Assembly: GCA_965203445.1 (NCBI GenBank)
Contig: OZ241883.1
Span: forward strand, 2,314,815 to 2,378,814
Direction of reading: 5' to 3'
DNA length: 64,000 nucleotides
DNA from: Candidatus Oxydemutator sp.
GTDB taxonomy: Bacteria > Pseudomonadota > Gammaproteobacteria > Poriferisulfidales > Oxydemutatoraceae
The translations under genes and the position numbers were made by a program. The notes beneath the pieces were generated by a model that was not told the DNA's origin, ran no database searches, and saw only the letters and a program-made list of their open reading frames with translations. Position 1 is the stretch's first letter. The number at the start of each line of letters is the position of its first letter. Positions 1-9,897 of this stretch are shown piece by piece.

Positions 1-362
1 CCGCGTTCGGGCGCCTCGAGTTGCGCCGACGACACGCCGAGATCGAAGAACACGCCGGCGACCGTGCCGGCCAGTTCGTCGTCGGCGAGCGTTTGCAACG
101 CGGCGAACGAATCGTGGCGGATCGAGAAACGGGCGTCGGTGCCGAAAGTCGCGCGCGCGTGGCGGCATGCCTCGGCGTCCTTGTCGAAGGCGATGACGCG
201 CCCGGCGGCGCCGAGACGTCGCAGCAGCGCCGCGCTGTGGCCGCCGCGTCCGTAGGTCGCATCCACGTAGCAGCCGCGCGCGTCCACGTTCAGCCCCTCG
301 AGCAACTCCGCCACCAGCACCGGCCGATGGCGATCCCTGAGGTCGTCGCGGTCGTCGCGCAC
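1..362 (-). CDS. rsmH: 16S rRNA m4C1402 methyltransferase RsmH (MraW), 5' part; runs off window
   Basis: Manual translation from GTG at 362 gives ...HRPVLVAELLEGLNV...YVDATYGRGGHS; AGGAG SD upstream; directly downstream of mraZ. Confidence 0.93.
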   Translation of the reverse strand, partial: MRDDRDDLRDRHRPVLVAELLEGLNVDARGCYVDATYGRGGHSAALLRRLGAAGRVIAFDKDAEACRHARATFGTDARFSIRHDSFAALQTLADDELAGTVAGVFFDLGVSSAQLEAPER

Positions 363-371
363 CGGCGGCTC

Positions 372-839
372 CTACAGGCGCACGTTTTCCAACGCTTCAT
401 CAAGGTGCCCGTCGTCGCCGGCCTCGTTCATGCGCAGTTCGCGTTGATGCGCCCATTGCCGCTGATCCCACAGCTCGAAGTATTCGCCCTGGCCCAACAA
501 CAGCGCGTGCTTGCCTAGGCGCGCAAACTCGCGCAACGGAGAAGACAGCAGTATGCGCCCCTGCCCGTCGAGTTCGCACTCGGTCGCGTGCCCGAGCATC
601 AGGCGCTGGATGAAGCGAGCGCCCTGGTTCAGCGACGGCAACTGGAGAACCTGCGCCTCGACCTCATCCCATCGCCCGCGCGGATAGATCAACAGGCAGC
701 CGTCGCGGTCGGCGGTCACCATCAGGCACCCGCCACAGGACTCCGCCAGAGACTGGCGATAGCGAGACGGGATACCCAGCCGCCCTTTGGTGTCGACGGT
801 GACCTGGCTGACCCCCCTGAAAAACAAACCGTTCTGCAT
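372..839 (-). CDS. mraZ: Division/cell wall cluster transcriptional regulator MraZ
   Basis: FRG...VDTKGRLGIP and ELDGQGRILL duplicated motifs; adjacent to rsmH. Confidence 0.96.
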   Translation of the reverse strand: MQNGLFFRGVSQVTVDTKGRLGIPSRYRQSLAESCGGCLMVTADRDGCLLIYPRGRWDEVEAQVLQLPSLNQGARFIQRLMLGHATECELDGQGRILLSSPLREFARLGKHALLLGQGEYFELWDQRQWAHQRELRMNEAGDDGHLDEALENVRL

Positions 840-848
840 TCCCTACTC

Positions 849-893
849 CACTGGAACACCACAATACTACATTAAAAACCATAAATCACCACC
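849..893 (-). promoter_or_regulatory. Putative MraZ autoregulatory boxes
   Basis: GTGG/ATGG repeats at ~10-bp period in an AT-rich stretch upstream of mraZ. Confidence 0.5.
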
Positions 894-986
894 TTTTTTC
901 AAGAATACCGGCCCCCTCCCCCGGAGCAGGGCCGGCAAAAGCCAAAGAAATATATGAATAACAGCAGTTTAGATAAGTCGACGCAG

Positions 987-2420
987 CTACCCGGTCGCGG
1001 GCTGGCCCCCTTGTGCCTGCACGTTGCGTTCCGTGCCGTACCATTGGAGTTTGTCGTGTAGTCGGACGACTTCGCCTACGATCAGCAGCGTCGGGGCGGC
1101 TATTTGCCGGGTTTTTGTCAGCGCGGGCAGGGTGGACAAGTCGCCTAACAGCACGCGCTGGTCGGGTAGCGTGCCGCGCGTGACCAATGCGGCCGGGGTG
1201 CGCGGCGGCAGGCCGTGGCCCATCAGGCGCGCGCAAATCCCCTCCAGGCCCACGAAGCCCATGTAAAACACCAACGTCTGCGACGGACGCGCGAGCATTT
1301 CCCAGTCGAGGCCGGCGTCGCGGTCCTTGCGGTGGCCGGTGGCGAAGATACAGGCGTGGGCGTAGTCGCGGTGCGTCAGCGGAATGCCCGCGTACGCGGC
1401 GCAGCCGAGCGCCGCGGTGATGCCGGGCACCACCTGGAACGGGATGCCGCGCTCCATCAGCGTCTCGATCTCCTCGCCGCCGCGCCCGAACACGAACGGA
1501 TCGCCGCCCTTCAGGCGCAGCACCTTTTTGCCCCGCGACGCGAAGCGCACGAGCAGTTCGTTGATCCGCTCCTGCGGCATCGTGTGGCGCGCGCGCTCCT
1601 TGCCGGCGTAGATTTTCTCGACGTCGTCGCGCAGCAGTCTCAGGATCGAGTCCGAGACCAGACGGTCGTAGAGCACGACGTCGGCCCGTTGCATCAGGCG
1701 CAACGCCTTGACCGTCAGCAGATCGGGATCGCCGGGGCCGGAACCGACCAGGTAGATCTCGCCGACGGGCGCGGTGTCGCCGGCGCACAACAGCGTCTCG
1801 AGCTCGGCCTCGGCCTGGTCGTAGCGACCGGCGAAAATCTGATCGGCGACGCGCCCGCGCAGCACCTTGTCCCAGAAACGGCGGCGCTCGCGCGGCGCGG
1901 CGAAGCGTTGTTTGACGCGCGGGCGGTAACGCGCCGCGAGTTCGGCGAGACGCCCGTAGGCCGACGGTATGCAGCCGGACAGGTACGCCTTCAGCAGCCG
2001 CGCGAGCAGCGGCGACACGCCCTCGGTCGAGATCGCGACGCGAATCGGCGCGCGGTTGATCAGCGACGGGAAAATGACGTCGCCCAAACGCGGTTCGTCG
2101 GCGACGTTGATCGGCACGCCGGCGGCGCGACACGCCTCGGCTATACGACGGTTGACGCCGGCGTCGTCGGTGGCGGCGACGACCAGCGCGCGGCCCTCGA
2201 GGTCGGCGCGCACGAACCGGCGGCGCTCCACTCGGCACGCCGCGCGCGACGCCGCGGTCTCGACGGCCTCGCGCATGGGGCGCGAAATCGAGGGGGCTAC
2301 GACGGTCACGCGCATGCCGCCCTCGAGCAGGCGGCGCGCCTTGCGCGCGGCGACCTCGCCGGCGCCGACGACCAGCGCGGGACGCCCTTTCATCTTCAGG
2401 AAGAACGGCAGGTAGTCCAC
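987..2420 (-). CDS. cysG: Multifunctional siroheme synthase CysG
   Basis: N-terminal YLPFF...LVVGAGEVAARK dehydrogenase domain; GSGPGDPDLLT, RLKGGDPFVFGRGGEE, VVPGITAA methyltransferase motifs. Confidence 0.96.
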   Translation of the reverse strand: MDYLPFFLKMKGRPALVVGAGEVAARKARRLLEGGMRVTVVAPSISRPMREAVETAASRAACRVERRRFVRADLEGRALVVAATDDAGVNRRIAEACRAAGVPINVADEPRLGDVIFPSLINRAPIRVAISTEGVSPLLARLLKAYLSGCIPSAYGRLAELAARYRPRVKQRFAAPRERRRFWDKVLRGRVADQIFAGRYDQAEAELETLLCAGDTAPVGEIYLVGSGPGDPDLLTVKALRLMQRADVVLYDRLVSDSILRLLRDDVEKIYAGKERARHTMPQERINELLVRFASRGKKVLRLKGGDPFVFGRGGEEIETLMERGIPFQVVPGITAALGCAAYAGIPLTHRDYAHACIFATGHRKDRDAGLDWEMLARPSQTLVFYMGFVGLEGICARLMGHGLPPRTPAALVTRGTLPDQRVLLGDLSTLPALTKTRQIAAPTLLIVGEVVRLHDKLQWYGTERNVQAQGGQPATG

Positions 2421-2442
2421 GGCGGCGGCGCCACGACGCGCG

Positions 2443-2916
2443 TCACAAAAGGCGCGCGAGCACGACCGCGTCCTCGCGCCCGTGGCTGGACGGGTAATAG
2501 TTCCTGCGCCGGCCTATGCGACGGAAGCCTTCGGACAAGTACAGCTGCATCGCCGGCGGGTTGCTGACGCTGACTTCGAGGATCGCGCGCACGACGCCGC
2601 GCGAGACGGCGATGCCCAACATCCGCCGCAGCAGGTCGCGGCCGTGGCCGAGGCGCTGGAAACGCGGGTCTATGCACAGATTCAACAGGTGACATTCGCC
2701 GGCACCGACGTCCATCAGGGCGTAACCGATGATCCCGCGGCGGCGCCCGAGCACGCGGCACTCGCAACCGGCGCCGATGCAGTCGACAAACACGCCGTGC
2801 CCCCACGGCTTCTCGTAGGCGCGCCGTTCGATCGCCTGCACCGCGTCGAGATCGCACGCACGCATCAATCGCAGCGGCGGCGCGGCGCGCGCCGCGTCTT
2901 TCGGCGACGCGCTCAC
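2443..2916 (-). CDS. rimI: Ribosomal protein S18 alanine N-acetyltransferase RimI
   Basis: GNAT motifs (CHLLNLCI, QRLGHG, LEVSVSN, GRRRNYY, EDAVV); GTG start at 2916 overlaps the upstream TGA. Confidence 0.92.
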   Translation of the reverse strand: MSASPKDAARAAPPLRLMRACDLDAVQAIERRAYEKPWGHGVFVDCIGAGCECRVLGRRRGIIGYALMDVGAGECHLLNLCIDPRFQRLGHGRDLLRRMLGIAVSRGVVRAILEVSVSNPPAMQLYLSEGFRRIGRRRNYYPSSHGREDAVVLARLL

Positions 2917-3707
2917 GGCAACTCCCTGCCGACCGTGCGGCACGCCAGTTGCAGGTCGTCCCACGCGGCGCGCTTTTGTTGCGGCGCACGCAGCAAGTAG
3001 GCGGGATGGTAGGTCACGACCACCGGTATCTCGGCGCCGGGCAGCGTATAGACGCGCCCGCGCATCCGGCCCACCGGCGTCTGCTCGCCCAACACCGCCG
3101 TGGCCGCGACGCCGCCGAGCAACAGAATGAGCCGCGGCCGGATCAGCTCGATCTGGCGTTGCAGGTAACCGCTGCAATGCACGACTTCCTCGGGCCTCGG
3201 GTTGCGGTTGTCGGGCGGACGGCACTTGATCACGTTGGCGATATAAACGTCGGCGCGCGCGAAGCCGATGGCCTGCAACATGCGGTCGAGCAGCTTGCCG
3301 GCGCGCCCGACGAAAGGCTCGCCGCGCTTGTCCTCCTCGAAACCGGGCGCCTCGCCGATCAGCATCCACTCGGCGGCGCGCGCACCGACGCCGAACACGG
3401 TCTGCGTGCGCGTCTCGCACAGGGCGCAACGGCGACAGGCGCGAACTTCCGCTTCGAGCGATTGCCAGGGGCCGTCGCCGGGCGCGCCCGCGGCGGCGGG
3501 TGCCGCCACCGGTGGCGGCGTCGTTTGCGCGCCGACCGCGGGCGCGGCCGCGGGTGGCACCGCGCCGGAAGCGGGGAACTCGTCGGGGTGCTCACCGGGA
3601 GACTCTCCGGGAGAGTCGCCCACGCGCGGCCGCCGGCGCCCGCGACGCGCGTACACCTGCACGCCGATGCGTTCCAGGTACGCAAGTTTTCGCCGGCGCG
3701 CGTCCAA
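2913..3707 (-). CDS. Family-4 uracil-DNA glycosylase
   Basis: [39 protein letters not shown]; probable TTG start at 3707; Pro/Ala linker. Confidence 0.92.
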   Translation of the reverse strand: MDARRRKLAYLERIGVQVYARRGRRRPRVGDSPGESPGEHPDEFPASGAVPPAAAPAVGAQTTPPPVAAPAAAGAPGDGPWQSLEAEVRACRRCALCETRTQTVFGVGARAAEWMLIGEAPGFEEDKRGEPFVGRAGKLLDRMLQAIGFARADVYIANVIKCRPPDNRNPRPEEVVHCSGYLQRQIELIRPRLILLLGGVAATAVLGEQTPVGRMRGRVYTLPGAEIPVVVTYHPAYLLRAPQQKRAAWDDLQLACRTVGRELP

Positions 3708-3712
3708 ACCCG

Positions 3713-5263
<1,551 letters not shown>

Positions 5264-5336
5264 CGGTTTCTCCGTCTAAGGGATTCGGTAATGACGTTTT
5301 GCGCGTACCACGCCCGCCGGCGACGATAGAATGCCG

Positions 5337-5429
5337 CTAACGCGGCAGTCGCAGTCTGAGGAGAAAGGAACGGGTGACCGCGGCGCGCGAGGAGGCGCCG
5401 AAGACGGAAGTTATGGGCCGGTGGCTCAT
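5337..5429 (-). CDS. Putative leuA leader peptide (MSHRPITSVFGASSRAAVTRSFLLRLRLPR)
   Basis: 30-aa ORF with four Leu codons clustered near the stop; TGCCGC-gtta-GCGGCA hairpin over the stop; upstream of leuA. Confidence 0.7.
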   Translation of the reverse strand: MSHRPITSVFGASSRAAVTRSFLLRLRLPR

Positions 5430-5436
5430 GGACGGG

Positions 5437-5466
5437 ATTATAGGGCGGCACGGGGAGAAATTGCAA
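5437..5466 (-). promoter_or_regulatory. sigma70-type promoter for leader peptide/leuA
   Basis: TTGCAA-N18-TATAAT, 7 nt before the leader ATG. Confidence 0.7.
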
Positions 5467-5549
5467 GCCGTTGTATAAGGATTCCATTCGCGTCGGCAGC
5501 CACGGCGACGCTTTATTTTCTTTCAGCTAATGTGATGCCCGCGAAAACT

Positions 5550-8500
5550 TCATCGTCCACTTGACCGGCAAATCATCCCACGAGTGAGACCGGATGGACG
5601 CCTTAATTGCGTCAACACACGATCGAAATCAGATGAGACTAGCAATTCGTCAAGGCTGACGTTCGCGCTTGGCATATAAAACTCCGTGCCCCTAAATCTG
5701 AGAATCCTGAACGAAGCCGGATTATTTGTGGCCTGAAGCCCCAAACTGATAGCACGCCTAAGAGCCTCGTCTGCGAATTCAGCATCCGCCGATACTATCG
5801 TGCCGTCAGCATTCACGTCGCCGGTTATCATGAACAAACGGTCATTGTTACGGAACATCGGGCAGCTCCCATTATACAAATCCGCAGAGGCTCCCACCTC
5901 TCGGTAGTCTACGCAATAGTTCGCACCTGAATCACCGCAATCCGTGGACAATGGCCGCGCCGACAATATCGGCAGGTGGTTGCGATGCTGCAACAGCAGA
6001 TACACGTCCTTGTTCGGCTCTATCTCGGCGTCAAAGCGCACCCCTTGCCGAGCCAACACATCCGTCGTCGTCGTCGCATTCTCGTTCACGCCTGCTATGC
6101 TGCCGTCGGACAAAAGCAAGCCCGCCTTCACCCCGCCCGCGGGCACGCTGTCCGGATCCGCGGCGCTCGGCGCGGAACCCGTGTCCACCACCCGCAACTC
6201 CAACAACATCCAGTCCACCACATTCGACGGCATGCCGTTGGCGTTGGCGGCGCCCTCTATACGCGGCACCGTCGTCGTCGCCGCGTGGTTCCAGGGCCTC
6301 ACGTTATACGGTTGTACACGTGGCAGCGCTCGATTCAAAAACGTGCCCATGTCGCCAGTCGCGACACGATACGCTCCCTCCAGATACACGCCCGCGGCCA
6401 CCACCAGACCTCGCTCGCTGCGGATGCGGGCTTCGGCGGACGACGTTGTTCCTATTTCCGCGGGATGATCGCTGCCGCAGTTCGGGCAGTTCGTCAGGCG
6501 CAAACGAAATCGCTCGTTGCTTTCCTTCGCTACCTCGTCGGCCACAACCGACACACCCACTTCCGCGCTACCGTCCGTGCGCAACGTTATGCTCCCGGTG
6601 ACCGGCAGCGCATTCAAACTCACATAGTTGGTGCCGTTGCGGTCTATCACGGTGGCTTGCCCCAGATCTCCGGCCGTCAGATCTTCGGACACGGCCGCAA
6701 GCTCATACTCCACCGTAACGGCCCGATCAGCGCCGCTGCTCAACGACACCGTGAACGTTGCGGTAGTCCCTTCCGCCACCACCGCAGGCGCCACCGCCAC
6801 CGTCACCTGCTCCAGTTCGTTGGCCGCTATCGTCGTCCGCGCAACGGTGCCCGGCACCTCCAGCGTCACGTCGTCAGGCGCCCCGGTAAGCCGCGCGTTG
6901 CTCATGGTCACCTCGAAGGCCTCGTCCAGCTCGGCGACACCGTCAACGGCCACCGTCAGGGAAAACGACGCGCTGCTCCCACCCGGTGCGATAACCACGC
7001 TGCCTCTGCTGGTGCCGCCAAAATCGGCGACGCCAATTCCAGTGCCGCCCACCGACCAATCCCAACTCGCACCAATGCCCGCGGGCAAGACCCCCGGCAG
7101 ACGCACCACGTAGGTCGCCGCCTCGCCTTCCGACACCGTCTTGCTGCCGCCAAGCGTCGGCGTCAGCACCACCGCGGGCTGCGCCTGCTGTTGCGACGTG
7201 CGACGCGCCTGCCTGGTATCGGTAGAACCACCAAACACCAGCACCGGGTAATCAAACACACTACCAAAATCCCACGGAGCGTCGTCGTTGTAGTCGCCGT
7301 CGCCCCCCTGATCCACGTCGTTCACGTTCAACCTGTCCCAGCCCTCGTAGATGGTGCCCGCCGCCATCGTCGGGACGCGCAACTGAGCGGAAGTCCTGGG
7401 CGCGTTGTCCATAGTTGGCTTATTGCTGCCGCAACACGCGGATTGGCCGCTGCGCCCTTCGTCAAAATAGCTTGTCTGTATCGTACCGGCATTATAGTCC
7501 CCCACCAGACCACCGGACGGAAACCCTTGCAGGCCGTGCTGCCTGCCCAGCCTCGAGACCGCGTAGCTGGCACTGACTATGCCGCCATTCGCAACGCCGC
7601 CTATCAAACCCCCCACGCTTTCCCCCGGCGGCCACTGATGCACCCGCACGTCCGCATAACTGGCAATCACGACACCCCCGTCCAATCTGCCTACCAGACC
7701 GCCCAAGGCCCAACCACCGCGCACTTGCCTGCTGTCGCCCACCACGTAACACGCCGCCACCTTGCCCGCGTTGTATCCCACCAACGCGCCCGCCCCTACG
7801 CTGCTGCCGGCCATGTCCATATGCACGTTGTTCAAGCCCACGTTGCGGATCCTGCCTGTGACGCCCACGGCACCAAAAAAGCCCACGTTATCGAACCGGT
7901 CGGCCGCATTGTTTGCGCTGCGGATCGTTATATTGCTGATGACGTGGCCGTTGCCTTCAAAAACGGCCTGGTAACGTCTGTTCGAGGGAGGAGTACCCCA
8001 AGGAGCCTGTGTAAGCCCCCCGCCTATCGGCTTCCAGTTCGGTATGCCGGACAGATCCAGGTCGGCCGATAACTCGTAGCCGGTGCACGTGCTGGGACAG
8101 GTGCGCCTCTCGTCGAAAAAGGGAAACGCCGCCAAGTATGCATCCCTGTCGCTGACGCCGGCCAGCCCGACACCGTCCAGGTCGTAGCGTATCGCCTCCA
8201 ACTGGGTCGTCGTCCTCACGTCTATCAGATTATCGTCGTCGGTGTCGTAGTCTATGCCGTCGCTGAACCCGATGGTGGTGGTTACCGCGGAATCCGCGAC
8301 ACCCAATACTATCCGCACTCCCGCATCCGCGACACCGCCCGCGCTCACCGAGAACCGCTCCGCGTACTCCGCGTCCCGGTCATCGAAAACATATACCGAA
8401 AACGTTGTCTTGCTGCTGCCCGCCGAGATAGTCGCGGTGCCGGTGGGGAAACCAGCGAGCCGCATTCCGGCGTCGTCGGCAAAATCCCCGGCCTCGGCAC

Positions 8501-9713
8501 CGTCCTCCCCCACTGCGCCGACGCTCCAACGCACCGTCGCCGCGTAAGGCAGCGCGAAAGGCACGCGCACCGTGTACTCCACGGCCCCGTTCTCGGCCAC
8601 CGTCGCGGCGCCCGTCAGCGTGACCGGCAGCGTTATCTGCGGCTGCAACAAAAACTGCCTGGCCACGTTGGCGCCGCCACCACGCAACACCGGGTAGTCG
8701 AGAAACGTGCCGAATCTCCACGGGTCGTCGGCGGCGCCGTCTCCATCCACGTCCACGTTCCAGGCGGCGTAGATGCCGGTGTAGGTCGTCGGCATTTGCA
8801 GGACGGCGGTGTCGGTGCCGCTGCCGCCGCCGGCACCGAAGGTGAGGAAGTTATTGACGCTGACAGTCAGCCCGCTGACCTGACTGTCCCAATAACTGTC
8901 GGTCACCGTGTTTGCGCTACCCGTTCCCGCCAAGCCGCCCGCGAGTCCCGACACTCTGCGGCTTCTCGAGTAGCTCGCCCGTATCGTCGCGCCCACGGGG
9001 TTGCCGATCAGACCGCCTGAGTACGTGCCGCCATCTACGTCGCAGTCGGCGTAGCTCGCTACTGCCAGGCCGACGCTGCCGCCTGCCAAACAGCCCGCAT
9101 AAATGGAACCTGTGACCTTGCCCGTTACGAAACTGCCCGCCAAGGTGGCCGAGTTATAGCCCAATATGCCACCCGTCCATGAGCCCCCGGTTACATCCGC
9201 GTTGACCAGACCAATCCCTTCTACCCTCACGCTGGCGGCATTATTGGAGAATTGCATATTGGCGAACAAGCCCACCTGTTGCACCTGGGGACGGTTGATG
9301 TACAGGTTTTCGAGGAAATAGCCGTTGCCGCGAAAAACGGCGTTGTAGCGCGCGCCGATAGGTTCCCAGCCCAGCCCGTTATTCCAATAGAGGTCGTCGG
9401 TGCGGGTGCTGGCGCTGCCGGTGTTGAAATCCAGGTCGTTCAACAACTCGTAGCCGTTGCAGGAAGCCGCGGTGCACGTCGTCGCAAAGGCCGCGGCGTA
9501 GTTCGCAGCGTTGCCCTGGGAATCCGCGACGCCGTCGCCGTTCAAATCCCAGCGTATGGCGTTCATCTGTTGCAGCGTGGTTACGTCAATCAGACTGGAG
9601 TCGTTCTGCGTCTGCGCCGCGAGCGGTTGTGACATAAGCGCCAGCAGCAACGCGACAAAGAGCGACGTCCAGGCAAGCGATTCTGAACGCGCGAAGCACC
9701 GGTGCACGCCCAA
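5550..9713 (-). CDS. Secreted adhesin-like paralog 1: 2 GLUG beta-helix modules, 3 Calx-beta domains, conserved CTD with dockerin-like tail
   Basis: 1387-aa ORF; signal peptide (..PLAA|QTQN); GGLVG repeats; V-EG...DF...DD-AE-ERF Calx-beta motifs; likely true ATG at 9759 frameshifted by C13. Confidence 0.85.
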   Translation of the reverse strand: MGVHRCFARSESLAWTSLFVALLLALMSQPLAAQTQNDSSLIDVTTLQQMNAIRWDLNGDGVADSQGNAANYAAAFATTCTAASCNGYELLNDLDFNTGSASTRTDDLYWNNGLGWEPIGARYNAVFRGNGYFLENLYINRPQVQQVGLFANMQFSNNAASVRVEGIGLVNADVTGGSWTGGILGYNSATLAGSFVTGKVTGSIYAGCLAGGSVGLAVASYADCDVDGGTYSGGLIGNPVGATIRASYSRSRRVSGLAGGLAGTGSANTVTDSYWDSQVSGLTVSVNNFLTFGAGGGSGTDTAVLQMPTTYTGIYAAWNVDVDGDGAADDPWRFGTFLDYPVLRGGGANVARQFLLQPQITLPVTLTGAATVAENGAVEYTVRVPFALPYAATVRWSVGAVGEDGAEAGDFADDAGMRLAGFPTGTATISAGSSKTTFSVYVFDDRDAEYAERFSVSAGGVADAGVRIVLGVADSAVTTTIGFSDGIDYDTDDDNLIDVRTTTQLEAIRYDLDGVGLAGVSDRDAYLAAFPFFDERRTCPSTCTGYELSADLDLSGIPNWKPIGGGLTQAPWGTPPSNRRYQAVFEGNGHVISNITIRSANNAADRFDNVGFFGAVGVTGRIRNVGLNNVHMDMAGSSVGAGALVGYNAGKVAACYVVGDSRQVRGGWALGGLVGRLDGGVVIASYADVRVHQWPPGESVGGLIGGVANGGIVSASYAVSRLGRQHGLQGFPSGGLVGDYNAGTIQTSYFDEGRSGQSACCGSNKPTMDNAPRTSAQLRVPTMAAGTIYEGWDRLNVNDVDQGGDGDYNDDAPWDFGSVFDYPVLVFGGSTDTRQARRTSQQQAQPAVVLTPTLGGSKTVSEGEAATYVVRLPGVLPAGIGASWDWSVGGTGIGVADFGGTSRGSVVIAPGGSSASFSLTVAVDGVAELDEAFEVTMSNARLTGAPDDVTLEVPGTVARTTIAANELEQVTVAVAPAVVAEGTTATFTVSLSSGADRAVTVEYELAAVSEDLTAGDLGQATVIDRNGTNYVSLNALPVTGSITLRTDGSAEVGVSVVADEVAKESNERFRLRLTNCPNCGSDHPAEIGTTSSAEARIRSERGLVVAAGVYLEGAYRVATGDMGTFLNRALPRVQPYNVRPWNHAATTTVPRIEGAANANGMPSNVVDWMLLELRVVDTGSAPSAADPDSVPAGGVKAGLLLSDGSIAGVNENATTTTDVLARQGVRFDAEIEPNKDVYLLLQHRNHLPILSARPLSTDCGDSGANYCVDYREVGASADLYNGSCPMFRNNDRLFMITGDVNADGTIVSADAEFADEALRRAISLGLQATNNPASFRILRFRGTEFYMPSANVSLDELLVSSDFDRVLTQLRRPSGLTRGMICRSSGR

Positions 9714-9739
9714 ACCCAGACTTCGTTTGTAACGGGATT

Positions 9740-9752
9740 GGGGGGGGGGGGG
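9740..9752 (-). repeat. Homopolymer C13 (G13 on +), candidate phase-variation tract
   Basis: Directly after ATGACTA; 12 C would fuse the ATG in frame with the gene. Confidence 0.75.
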
Positions 9753-9897
9753 TAGTCATTGGTTCAGCGAAGGGTGTAAGCGAACAAGCATTTTGTCATT
9801 TTGGGACAGGTTTTTGTCATCGCTATTTAACAATAATCCGAAAAAACGAAGTTCGCGCCGGCTGCTGCGGGCGCTGGCAGAAGCCTGCAAGAACTTC
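9753..9897. repeat. Intergenic duplicate, copy 1 (copy 2 at 13704-13848), with ATGACAAAA-N12-ATGACAAAA
   Basis: Near-identical ~145 bp seen by eye at offset 3951. Confidence 0.88.

Noticed and set aside
3580-3625. 12-bp tandem repeats in the UDG linker ([12 protein letters not shown])
   Set aside because: Ordinary low-complexity linker, in frame, no sign of a switch
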